Under the pieces are notes generated by a model. The model saw only the letters and a list, made by a program, of their open reading frames with translations. It had not been told where the DNA came from and searched no databases. From an uncultured bacterium (GTDB lineage Bacteria > Patescibacteriota > Gracilibacteria > Absconditabacterales > Absconditicoccaceae): DNA of 64,000 bases. The stretch is from contig CAUQBS010000004.1 in NCBI GenBank assembly GCA_963516485.1, forward strand, positions 869 to 64,868, written 5' to 3'. Position numbers and translations under genes: made by a program. This document shows, in pieces, positions 35,768-43,805 of the stretch; position 1 is the stretch's first letter, and each line of letters opens with the position of its first letter.

Positions 35768-36763
35768 ATGACTATAGGTAGATACTTGGCGGTGGAGCCT
35801 ATAGTTTTTTATGTTTTTGGGGGAAATATGTGCCAGACTGTGCCGGGGCTAAAAAATGATATAAAGCAAAGATTGCTTATATATCGGCAGTATGTTCTAC
35901 TAAATAATAAGGAGGGGAAAACAGATATCAATAGAGATACTCAGGATTTTTTTGTTGAATTAGGAAACGAATTATTTTGATTTAATCTAAAAAATGCAGA
36001 CTATAAAAATAAGAATCAAGACTCTTTTGACCTAGAGAACTGTGATAAACTGTTTGTTGTTCAGGTTACCTCTACAACTACTGCAGCTAAAATCAAGTCT
36101 GGACTAGAAATATTTAGGGATAAATATAAAGCTGAATTTTCCCGTTTTAAAATGCGGTTTATATGACGTAGAGGGAAAAATAGAAGAGATTTTAGTGAAC
36201 ATAGTGAGTACTTTGACACAAGAACAGATATTATTGACATAGATACTGTATCAAATGAAATTAATAAAATTCTTGATGAGGGCAGACTTTTTAAAATATT
36301 AAATATTATTGAAAGATATCAAAGCCTCTCTAGATTGGATTATCAGAAGATTAAGAATATTCTAAAATATATAAAAAAATATTTACAAAATAAGAATGTT
36401 TATAAAGAATTATATCAATTACAAATAGACAAAGAAAGAACGAAAAGGTTTGATTATATGGAGGAAAAGAATAAACTTAATAAAGTTGATAAGGTCATTT
36501 ATCAAGAGTCTATTATATTTAATCAAAGTATAGAAATGCTATTAAAAATGGATGATAATACAAGAGCTTTATATAATTCAATAGCTAAATCAATAAATAA
36601 GCTTTTACATGCTTGAGACAATGTTTTAGTTGATACCATCAAAGAAATTGTTGATAGCATGCCACTTGATGAAAGGATAGATAGGCATTATGAAACGCTT
36701 ATGATAGTTCTATGTAATATGTATTTTAATTGTGATATCGGGGAAAATCCAAAATGCTTCTAG
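35768..36763 (+). CDS. SMEK-like domain protein, first gene of an ABC-3C-like three-gene operon
   Basis: 331 aa; the start may instead be the ATG at 35828. The motif DINRDTQDFFVELGNELF[TGA]FNLKNADYKNKNQDSFDLENCDKLFVVQVTSTTTAAKIKSGLEIF matches my memory of the SMEK domain pattern (DIN..AE.F...LLN...G..L.N.N....IDL....IAIQVTS....KI). Helical C-terminal region. Three in-frame TGA. Confidence 0.55.
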
Positions 36764-37029
36764 TTGATAAACATGAAAATATAGATACTTCATTACTTGT
36801 GCTTAGTATGAGGATTTTTAATGAGATAAGAAAGCAGAGGTATATTTCTTATAGTAAGTTATTAGCTAAAATGAGATTTATAGAAAAAAATAAAAAGATT
36901 AAAAAGCAACATATTAGTGTAGAAAAATTTATTTGAGCCTTGATGTTTCTATATGCTTGCAAAAAAATTATTTATCATAAAGATATAGACATTTTTACAT
37001 TAAATCATTGTTTAAATGAAACTCAGTAG
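36754..37029 (+). CDS. small helical protein, candidate ABC-3C middle component
   Basis: 91 aa. Overlaps the upstream gene by 10 nt and the downstream gene by 14 nt. One in-frame TGA. Size, position and the ...KFI[TGA]ALMFLYACKKIIY motif resemble MC proteins. Confidence 0.45.
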
Positions 37030-38781
37030 ACTATATACAAATAATTCTGATTTTCAAACAATAGACTTTAATCCATGATTTAATGTTATTTTTTGAGATC
37101 ATGAAAAAAAAGATAAGCCATGAGAAAATGGAGTAGGGAAAACAAAGCTTTTACAACTGATAGATTTTATGCTCTGATGATCTCATTCCAGTTTCAATAA
37201 ACAAATAAAAACGAATTTGGATTGATGGGTCTTTTTTTTGGAGCTCGAAGTTAAGCAAGACCATTATATAACTATTTCTAGATTTCGAAATAGTGCCAAG
37301 ATCTCTATAAAAAAACATAGTATCAATAAACAAGATTACAGCGATATTTTGGATGTAGAGCAAGAATGGAATGTGTGGAAATGTGCAGAAAAACAAGGCG
37401 TAGAGATAATAAATTCATACTTAAATTTTAGTACATCATTCCCCTATAGGACTCTTATACATTATCTATTAAGAGAACAAGATGACTATGTAAGTCCTTT
37501 TACTACATCAAAATATATGAAGCATAGAGATTGGAAACCTTATTTGTATGAATTACTTTGATTTAATGGTATAATATTAAAGAGAAAATATTTATTGGAG
37601 GATGAACAGGAACAACTAAAAAAACAAATTGAAAATTTAAGAAAAGATGTTTCAGAATCTATTAATGAAATTTATGTTCAAAAGACAGAATTAGAGCAAC
37701 GTGTCCAAAAATTAAGGCAGTCTTCAGATATCTCCCCCTTTAAATCACAGGATTTTGATGATACTACTATTAGAGAGCTTGTTCAATGAATAGAAAGCGA
37801 AATTTATCGTCTTAATCGTGATCAGTATAGAATATCTACAGAACTTGAATTGATTAATGAATCTTTAGAAGAGACAACAATAACAGAATTTCAAGAAAGA
37901 CAATTTAAGGATTTTTTTTGCCAATTAGAGGGCGTACTTTCTGAAGAGGGAGACAACCTGAAACAAAGACTGATTGATGTGAAAAAGTTCCAAGAGACTC
38001 TTACTTTAGAGAGAAATAAATATCTGGAGGAAAGAAAGGTATTATTAGAATCAGATTTAGATGCAATAGCTAAAAAATATAAATCATTGGATGGTAAAAA
38101 AGAACAGTATTTACGTAGACTTCAAGAATCAGATTTGTTTAAAAAATACCAATCACAACAAAGAGAAATCGCTGAAAATCTAGAGAGGATAAATCAATTA
38201 GAAAGACAATTAGCGATCCATCACTTAATAGAAGAATATTCGAAAAAAGAAATAAAATTGACGAAGAAATTAAAGAGCTTATTTCCGAAATAAAGTTGCA
38301 AAATTCTTATACAAATTATCCGGAGTTATTCACTAAAATTAGTAACTTACTAAAAGATACTTATTCCAAAGTATATGATCAAACAGAAAAAGCCTTGATT
38401 TACCTCAATACTAATCATTCTTGAAATCCTGATTTTGAAAATAAAATAACAGATCAAAAAGATAATCCTTTGGCAACTGATGATGGATATACTGCCAAAA
38501 GAATCCTATGTGCCTTATTTATACTATCCATAATGGCTATTTATTCTGAAGAAGGTTTTAATTTTTTTAAGTTTGCGTATTATGATTGAGTTTTAGAATC
38601 TGCCTGAGAAGGAGTGAAAAGGAATTTTATCCGCGAGACTAAGGAACTCTGTAGTAAGTATAATATCCAATATCTTATTAGCGTCATAAGAACCGATTTG
38701 CCAACAGACAAAAGTATTACAAATCAAGATATTATAATTACTCTGAGTAAAAATAAAAAGTTATTTTGAAAAAATTTTTAA
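37016..38781 (+). CDS. coiled-coil ABC/SMC-like ATPase (DUF2326 / ABC-3C ATPase-like), interrupted by a 1-nt frameshift at 38243-38249
   Basis: N-terminus MKLSRLYTNNSDFQTIDFNP[TGA]FNVIF[TGA]DHEKKDKP[TGA]ENGVGKTKLLQLIDFML (Walker A), then about 250 aa of coiled coil. The frame switches from mod-3=2 to mod-3=1 at TCGAAAAAAG. C-terminus ...ILCALFILSIMAI...FNFFKFAYYD[TGA]VLESA (Walker B-like)...QYLISVIRTDLP. Confidence 0.6.
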
Positions 38782-38799
38782 CCGCTATGTTTTCAAAAA

Positions 38800-39155
38800 A
38801 TGTCTGAATCTACTAAAAAATGCCCATTTTGTGAGTCTGAGGTGTCTGAAACAGCGGTAAAATGTAAATATTGTTGAGAGTTTATAGATGGTACAAAAAA
38901 ACAGATAAACTTATTTATAGAGACGCATTCCAAATATCAGATCCAAAAATTTTTTGTCCTCAGTGCTGATATGAGGGGAAAAACTCGAAAATAGAAAGAA
39001 AAGGAAGCTCTTCAGTGTGATGCCTTTTATTTTTGTTCTTTTTTATACCAGGAATGATTTATAATGCACGAAGAGGGAGACCATATTTTGTATGTCCAGA
39101 ATGTGGTTATAAGCATATTAAGAAGTTAGAAAAAAATAATGATAACAGAAATTAA
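38800..39155 (+). CDS. double zinc-ribbon small membrane protein, interrupted by a 1-nt frameshift in A7 run 38895-38901
   Basis: Frame A gives MSESTKKCPFCESEVSETAVKCKYC[TGA]EFIDGTKK. Frame B gives ...IFCPQC[TGA]YEGKNSKIERKGSSSVGCLLFLFFFIPGMIYNARRGRPYFVCPECGYKH. Together these make three CxxC...CxxC knuckle pairs around one TM segment. Confidence 0.45.
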
Positions 39156-39185
39156 AATCTGACCATACTATGGTCAGATTTTTTT
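39154..39185 (+). terminator. intrinsic terminator closing the island operon
   Basis: AAAATCTGACCA-TACTA-TGGTCAGATTTT followed by a T run (12-bp stem). Confidence 0.8.
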
Positions 39186-39227
39186 ATTTTCTGAAAAAAG
39201 AAATCATGAGCGATACAGATTACAAAC

Positions 39228-39401
39228 CTAAAGTCAGACTGGAGGTTGAAAATGCCATAGATAGGAATAAAGTCTAATAAGAGCTAGAGGCAATCCTATA
39301 AGAGCAAAAGTAGTAGGATTAAAGTAAAACCAGTATCCTAAGAATACTAGAGAACAAATAAGTCCTAAAATTTTTGATACTAAGAAAATTGTCTTCAGCA
39401 T
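39228..39401 (-). CDS. possible small two-TM protein
   Basis: MLKTIFLVSKILGLICSLVFLGYWFYFNPTTFALIGLPLALIRLYSYLW... 57 aa with one in-frame TGA. Confidence 0.3.
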
Positions 39402-39469
39402 TTTTGCTTATTGCTATAAATTAAAGAAGACCAATACCGACCTATATTTATATAAAGTTTTTCCTAATT

Positions 39470-39765
39470 CTTTGCTCGAACTACTGCGAGAGAGAAATAT
39501 AGGAAAGCGGGTGAGTTAAATTCTTGGGTAAGAATAAAAAACAACCTACAGTATATAATCCCCGACCTTGGCTAGAATGCCTTAGCTGTGGCTGGGTAGA
39601 CCAAAGCGGGGATTTTATAGTGTAAGTTATTTATAGCTAATTATTCTAGTTTCACTACCCCGTGTATTGGCTAGTTAATTGATGTTTCAATAGGCACGGC
39701 CAATACTCAGTAGGACATACAGAAAAAGCCTATTATCATCACGGATAATAAGCTCTACAAGTGGT
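39470..39765 (+). ncRNA. rnpB: candidate RNase P RNA (reduced bacterial type)
   Basis: AGGAAAGCGGGTGAG (39501-39515) resembles the P4 5' consensus GAGGAAAGUCCGGGC. ACAGAAAAAGCCTAT (39719-39733) resembles ACAGAAnnnGGCUUA. CTACTG (39481) pairs with CAGTAG (39708), like P2. Internal helices CCCCG/CGGGG and GTATTGGC/GCCAATAC. The ends are approximate. Confidence 0.5.
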
Positions 39766-39784
39766 AAAAACTAACGTTTCATAA

Positions 39785-39856
39785 TGCCCCAGCCCGGAGT
39801 CGAACCGGGATTCCAGTCTTCGCAGGACTGTGTCCTATCCATTGAACGACTGGAGC
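39785..39856 (-). tRNA. tRNA-Arg (GCG anticodon)
   Basis: Hand-folded: acceptor GCTCCAG/CTGGGGC, anticodon stem CAGTC/GACTG with loop CTGCGAA, T-arm CCCGG-TTCGACT-CCGGG. No encoded CCA. Confidence 0.8.
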
Positions 39857-39992
39857 ATTGCTCCATGCAGTATATGAAACTCTTCTCAAAAAACAAGCTT
39901 TTTCTTGCAATCTGCAATCATTTTCATATAGTATACCAAGCAAATAACCAAAAGAAACTCCTGTTCCTTTTGTTAAAAAAGCCACTTTTACC

Positions 39993-40454
39993 TTGAAAAA
40001 GGATCGCGTGAATACGAAAATAAAAACCGAGCTCGCAAAACACATCAATCTCGCCTCAAAGACTGGAGTATTTTTCTCAGCCTTTGACTCAGCGGGACAA
40101 CTTTTGGCTGCAAATGGGGTGATCAAGACAGATAGAGCAGTGGAGTTGCTCGTAGATAGCTTCTGCACTGGAATTCTTAATAAATACTGAGAAAAAATTA
40201 AAAGGCTGATTTTTGATCTTGTGACTGAAATTAGAATCCAAAACGACCCAAATGAACTCATCAAAGTGCCAATGCATGAGCGAGGAGTATTCCTTGTGCA
40301 GTGAGAGGATCACAAGAGCTGAGTTCTTCTGCCAAATACTAAGTGAATAGATACCATCCAGCAGGCACTCTCCGCTATCAAGCAAAAATATGGCCTCTCA
40401 TCACAGGTCTCTGTCTATCTTTTCAAGACTATTAGAGTTGAAATTCCACTATAG
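39993..40454 (+). CDS. AMMECR1-like domain protein (short)
   Basis: ERGVFLVQ[TGA]EDHKSGVLLPNTK[TGA]IDTIQQALSAIKQKYGL resembles the AMMECR1 C-terminal pattern (hG..i....g..LLP.V..e.....e.l.....KaG). The start codon is uncertain (TTG at 39993). Confidence 0.45.
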
Positions 40455-40481
40455 ATCAACTATTTGACATAAAAAAAATAA

Positions 40482-40510
40482 AAAAACCTGAAGCATGACT
40501 TCAGATTTTT
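40482..40510. terminator. bidirectional terminator between the AMMECR1-like gene and the lepA C-terminal gene
   Basis: CTGAAG-CATGA-CTTCAG flanked by A and T runs. Confidence 0.55.
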
Positions 40511-40540
40511 CTTTATATTTTCTGAGATATTAGATATTAA

Positions 40541-41995
40541 CTATTCTCTCGTAATCATTTTAACAAAAGTTTCAGTAGGTACCTCGACACTTCCGATCGC
40601 CTTCATTCTTTTCTTACCTTCTTTCTGCTTTTGGAGGAGCTTTCTTTTTCTACTTACATCTCCTCAGTAACATTTAGCAAGAACGTCCTTTTTGATAGCA
40701 GAGATCGTCTCACGGGCAATGATTTTATTTCCAAGTCCTGCTTGGAGTGGAATCGCGAACAGATGCTTTGGAATCAGTGTTTTTAATTTTTCTACTGCTT
40801 CACGACCAAGGTAATATGCTTTATCATAATGCACAACCCAAGTTAATGCCTCAACCTTCTCGTTATTGATAAAGATATCGAGTTTCACTAGATTATCAGG
40901 TGTATATCACTTAAATTCATAGTTCATGGTCGCATATCCTTTGGTCGCAGACTTGAGACGATCATAGAAGTCAACGATAATCTCTCCCATTGGCAACTCA
41001 TAATGCCAAACAACTCTGGTTGCATCAATATATTCCATATTTTTGAGTTTTCATCTATATTCCTGAGAGAGCGCCATGATATTTCCCGCATATTCTTCTG
41101 GTCCTACAACCTCAACATTCGCAATCGGTTCCAGAATCATTTCAATCATCCCTTGGTCAATCATATCAGATCCTGATTTTACTACGATCCAAGGATTCAA
41201 AATCTCAGCCAGCTTTTTAAACTTTGGATTTTCAAGCATAGTTCCAAAAATTCATTCTGAATGTTCTAGATGTTCGATCTCGCTTGTGGTCAGTTCAAAC
41301 TTCTCCATTTTCAGGATTTCGCGATAGAGTCCTGTTTGAACGAGTCATTTGATATTCATTCAGGTTTTGATCAGAGGAATTGAGAGGTTTTTAGATTTGA
41401 CAAGATACATTACAGTTGGTATCGTGAAAATGGTATCAAGCCCATACTCACGGAAAAGTCTCTCCTTGATAATATCCATATGGAGCATTCCCAAAAATCC
41501 ACAGCGGAATCCAAGTCCCAAAGCCTTACTATCTTCCATTTCGTAGGCAACGGCACTATCATTGAGTGAGAGTTTTTCTAGACTATCCTTGAGTTTGTCG
41601 TATTCAGTTGAATCAATGGGGTACACTCCAGCATATACATAGGGAGTAACCTTTCTAAAACCAGGAATCAAAAACTGATGATACTCATCTTTTGTCTCGT
41701 TTTTTCAGACCTTTGCTTTGATGATGGTATCTCAGATCTGCACATCTCTCACTGATTTTTGCCCAGTCACAATATATCAGATTTGTCCTTCATTAAGTGA
41801 TTTATCTGGTGTATATTCTGGCGTGAAATATCCCACTTCAGTTGGGAAAAAGCTTTTGTCCGAGTGGATCAAATATACTTCATCTCCGGCAGAAAAAGAG
41901 CCATCTACTACCTTTACATAGGCGAGAACTCATTTATAAGGATCAAATACTGAATCAAAAATCAATGCTCTTGAAACTTCCTGCATACTGCTCAT
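40541..41995 (-). CDS. lepA: elongation factor 4 (LepA), domains II-V plus C-terminal domain only (484 aa)
   Basis: Starts [21 protein letters not shown][TGA]VLAYVKV, the first motif after the G domain. Also [62 protein letters not shown][TGA][21 protein letters not shown]. Has its own GAGG about 15 nt upstream of the ATG. Carries a roughly 60-aa insertion relative to E. coli. Confidence 0.9.
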
Positions 41996-42131
41996 CAATG
42001 ATAAAATTTACCTCAAAAGGTACGAAAATCCTCAATCTTTTCAAGTCAATCTCTCGCTCTTGCTTGGAAGTGGAGTTCTCATCTAGAAAAAATGAAAAAC
42101 TGACTTCATGCACTGAAATCAGTTTTTTGAT

Positions 42132-42353
42132 TTACTTCTCAGTCTCAACTCAGAGATCTGCTGCTTCTAAATAAAATACCTCTTCAATACTGCGTTCAAA
42201 CCTCCTTGCGATCAGAAATGCAAGTTTTAGTGAGGGATTGTATTTCCCTAGCTCGAGAAATACGATCGTTTCTCTTCTTACTCCGACCTCATTTGCGAGG
42301 TCTTGTTGGGTTAAATTATACTGAGCTCTCAGCTCTTTGATACGATTCTTCAT
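42132..42353 (-). CDS. XRE-family helix-turn-helix transcriptional regulator (short, YozG-like)
   Basis: [48 protein letters not shown]. Confidence 0.8.
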
Positions 42354-42369
42354 TTGTTTACAAATAAGA

Positions 42370-42801
42370 TTAAAGTCAGATTTTATCTGGATTTTTTGAA
42401 AAATATCGTGAATTTAACCCTAGTAATACAAGTCACAATATCCATACTATCCTTAATATATCATTAGCACTGAATGTTTCTAAGAAATGAAAATGTCCTT
42501 CTAGTAGAGATACTAAGAGAATGATTCACATTAGGAGCTGAAACGATGCTGCAAGTGAGGTATAGCCGATTCTCTTAAACATCTCATCAGTTTCAACGGA
42601 TCATGTCTGCTTTTTTATCTTCTCCGCATGATAGAGCGTGAGTATTGCTCAACCTATTAGGAGAACTACAAAGAGTAGTAAAAGTCAATGTGATGGCGTT
42701 AAAGGGTTGAAAGGAATTTGGCTTAGAAGGTTGATGAGAGATCAGAATCCCCAAGCCGCAAGGATGATACCGATAATCCTTAAAGTTCTTGCTTTTCCCA
42801 T
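42370..42801 (-). CDS. membrane protein co-transcribed with the XRE regulator (DUF2178-like arrangement)
   Basis: 143 aa, 4 TM segments, about 7 in-frame TGA. Invisible in the ORF track. Confidence 0.5.
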
Positions 42802-42833
42802 TACAATCAGAAAAAAGATAAAAAAGTTATAAA

Positions 42834-42854
42834 TATATAACAATATGTTATATA
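42834..42854. promoter_or_regulatory. perfect 9-bp inverted repeat, candidate operator of the membrane-protein/XRE operon
   Basis: TATATAACA-ATA-TGTTATATA, 33 nt upstream of the ATG at 42801 (minus strand). Confidence 0.45.
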
Positions 42855-43022
42855 AACATAACATATCAAAAATCAAGAGAAAGTTAGAAAAAAATAACAA
42901 GTCTGAAAATATTCAGCTGGAAACTATAATTTTATATATAGGATTTTCCTTGTAAAGTGCTAGAATATCTGTATGATAAAAATATAAAGGTAGGTTGTTT
43001 TTAATATATGTATTGATTTCAA

Positions 43023-43460
43023 ATGACTGATTCAAATACTTCAAAAACCTCAGCTTCTGAATCCTCAAAAAAAACTCATGCTGAACAAAATAATGTTTCT
43101 CTTTGGACTTCTCTCTGAGTAGTTCTATTTTGTGGTATCCTTATGCCTTTGTGGATACTGCATTCTCGTCCCGCTAAACTTTCGAGTCCTGAGGTAGAAA
43201 CAGGAGAAAATCAGATTTCTTCCGCTACTTGAATCCAAAGTGCTATAGCCGTAACTTCAAATGCTGAGCGAGAAATCCTAAAACCACTTTTGCTAGACTG
43301 ACAAATTGATCAAATTATAAATGACGGATCCTCAAGTTATACCTTTATTTCAAAGACTGAGCAGATTTATCAGGTTAAAAATCTTCCATCAGAACAGCTA
43401 GGTGAAGCACTTGAGAAATGTTCTACAAAGTGCGAGCATATCCTAATTTCCGATCTCTAA
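43023..43460 (+). CDS. hypothetical membrane-anchored protein
   Basis: 145 aa, one TM segment (VVLFCGILMPLWIL), 4 in-frame TGA. Confidence 0.45.
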
Positions 43461-43574
43461 AAATATACGAGCTTGCTTTCTACTTGACAAGAGGATTTTT
43501 TCCTACTTGCATTTCTAAAGTAAATCCATATAGTTGCCAGCAGATTATTCTTTATTTTTTCTAGTAGAAATAGT

Positions 43575-43805
43575 ATGAAAACCCTACTCCTTATCGGACT
43601 TATCCTTGATGGGATTATCTTTATCGCGAGTGTTTTGCTCCAGTCTCCAAAAGGAGGTGGACTTGGTCTCGGATTAGGAGGAGCTTCTGCAGGAGGAAAC
43701 GAATATGGAAGCAAAAAAACAATGGAATGAAAATTACAAAAAATAGCTATTATTACAGGTATCATTTTCGTAATAATCTGCCTGTTTTTACCTTATGTTA
43801 AATAA
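43575..43805 (+). CDS. secG: preprotein translocase subunit SecG
   Basis: MKTLLLIGLILDGIIFIASVLLQSPKGGGLGLGLGGASAGG...IAIITGIIFVIICLF: two TM segments around a Gly-rich loop. Confidence 0.7.

Noticed and set aside
35430-39860. A classical tRNA-targeting integrative element (integrase plus direct repeat of the tRNA 3' end) explaining the island.
   Set aside because: No tyrosine or serine recombinase-like ORF was found on either strand, and I could not find a copy of the tRNA-Arg 3' end at the far boundary. The island call rests only on composition and gene content.
11473-41995. Split inteins mediating trans-splicing of the lepA halves (and of dnaE, by analogy with cyanobacterial dnaE).
   Set aside because: The extra sequence at the junctions is only 11 aa (LepA-N tail) and about 9 aa (LepA-C leader). 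The DnaE fragment starts directly in polymerase sequence. There is no room for intein N- or C-fragments and there are no Cys/Ser-Asn junction motifs.
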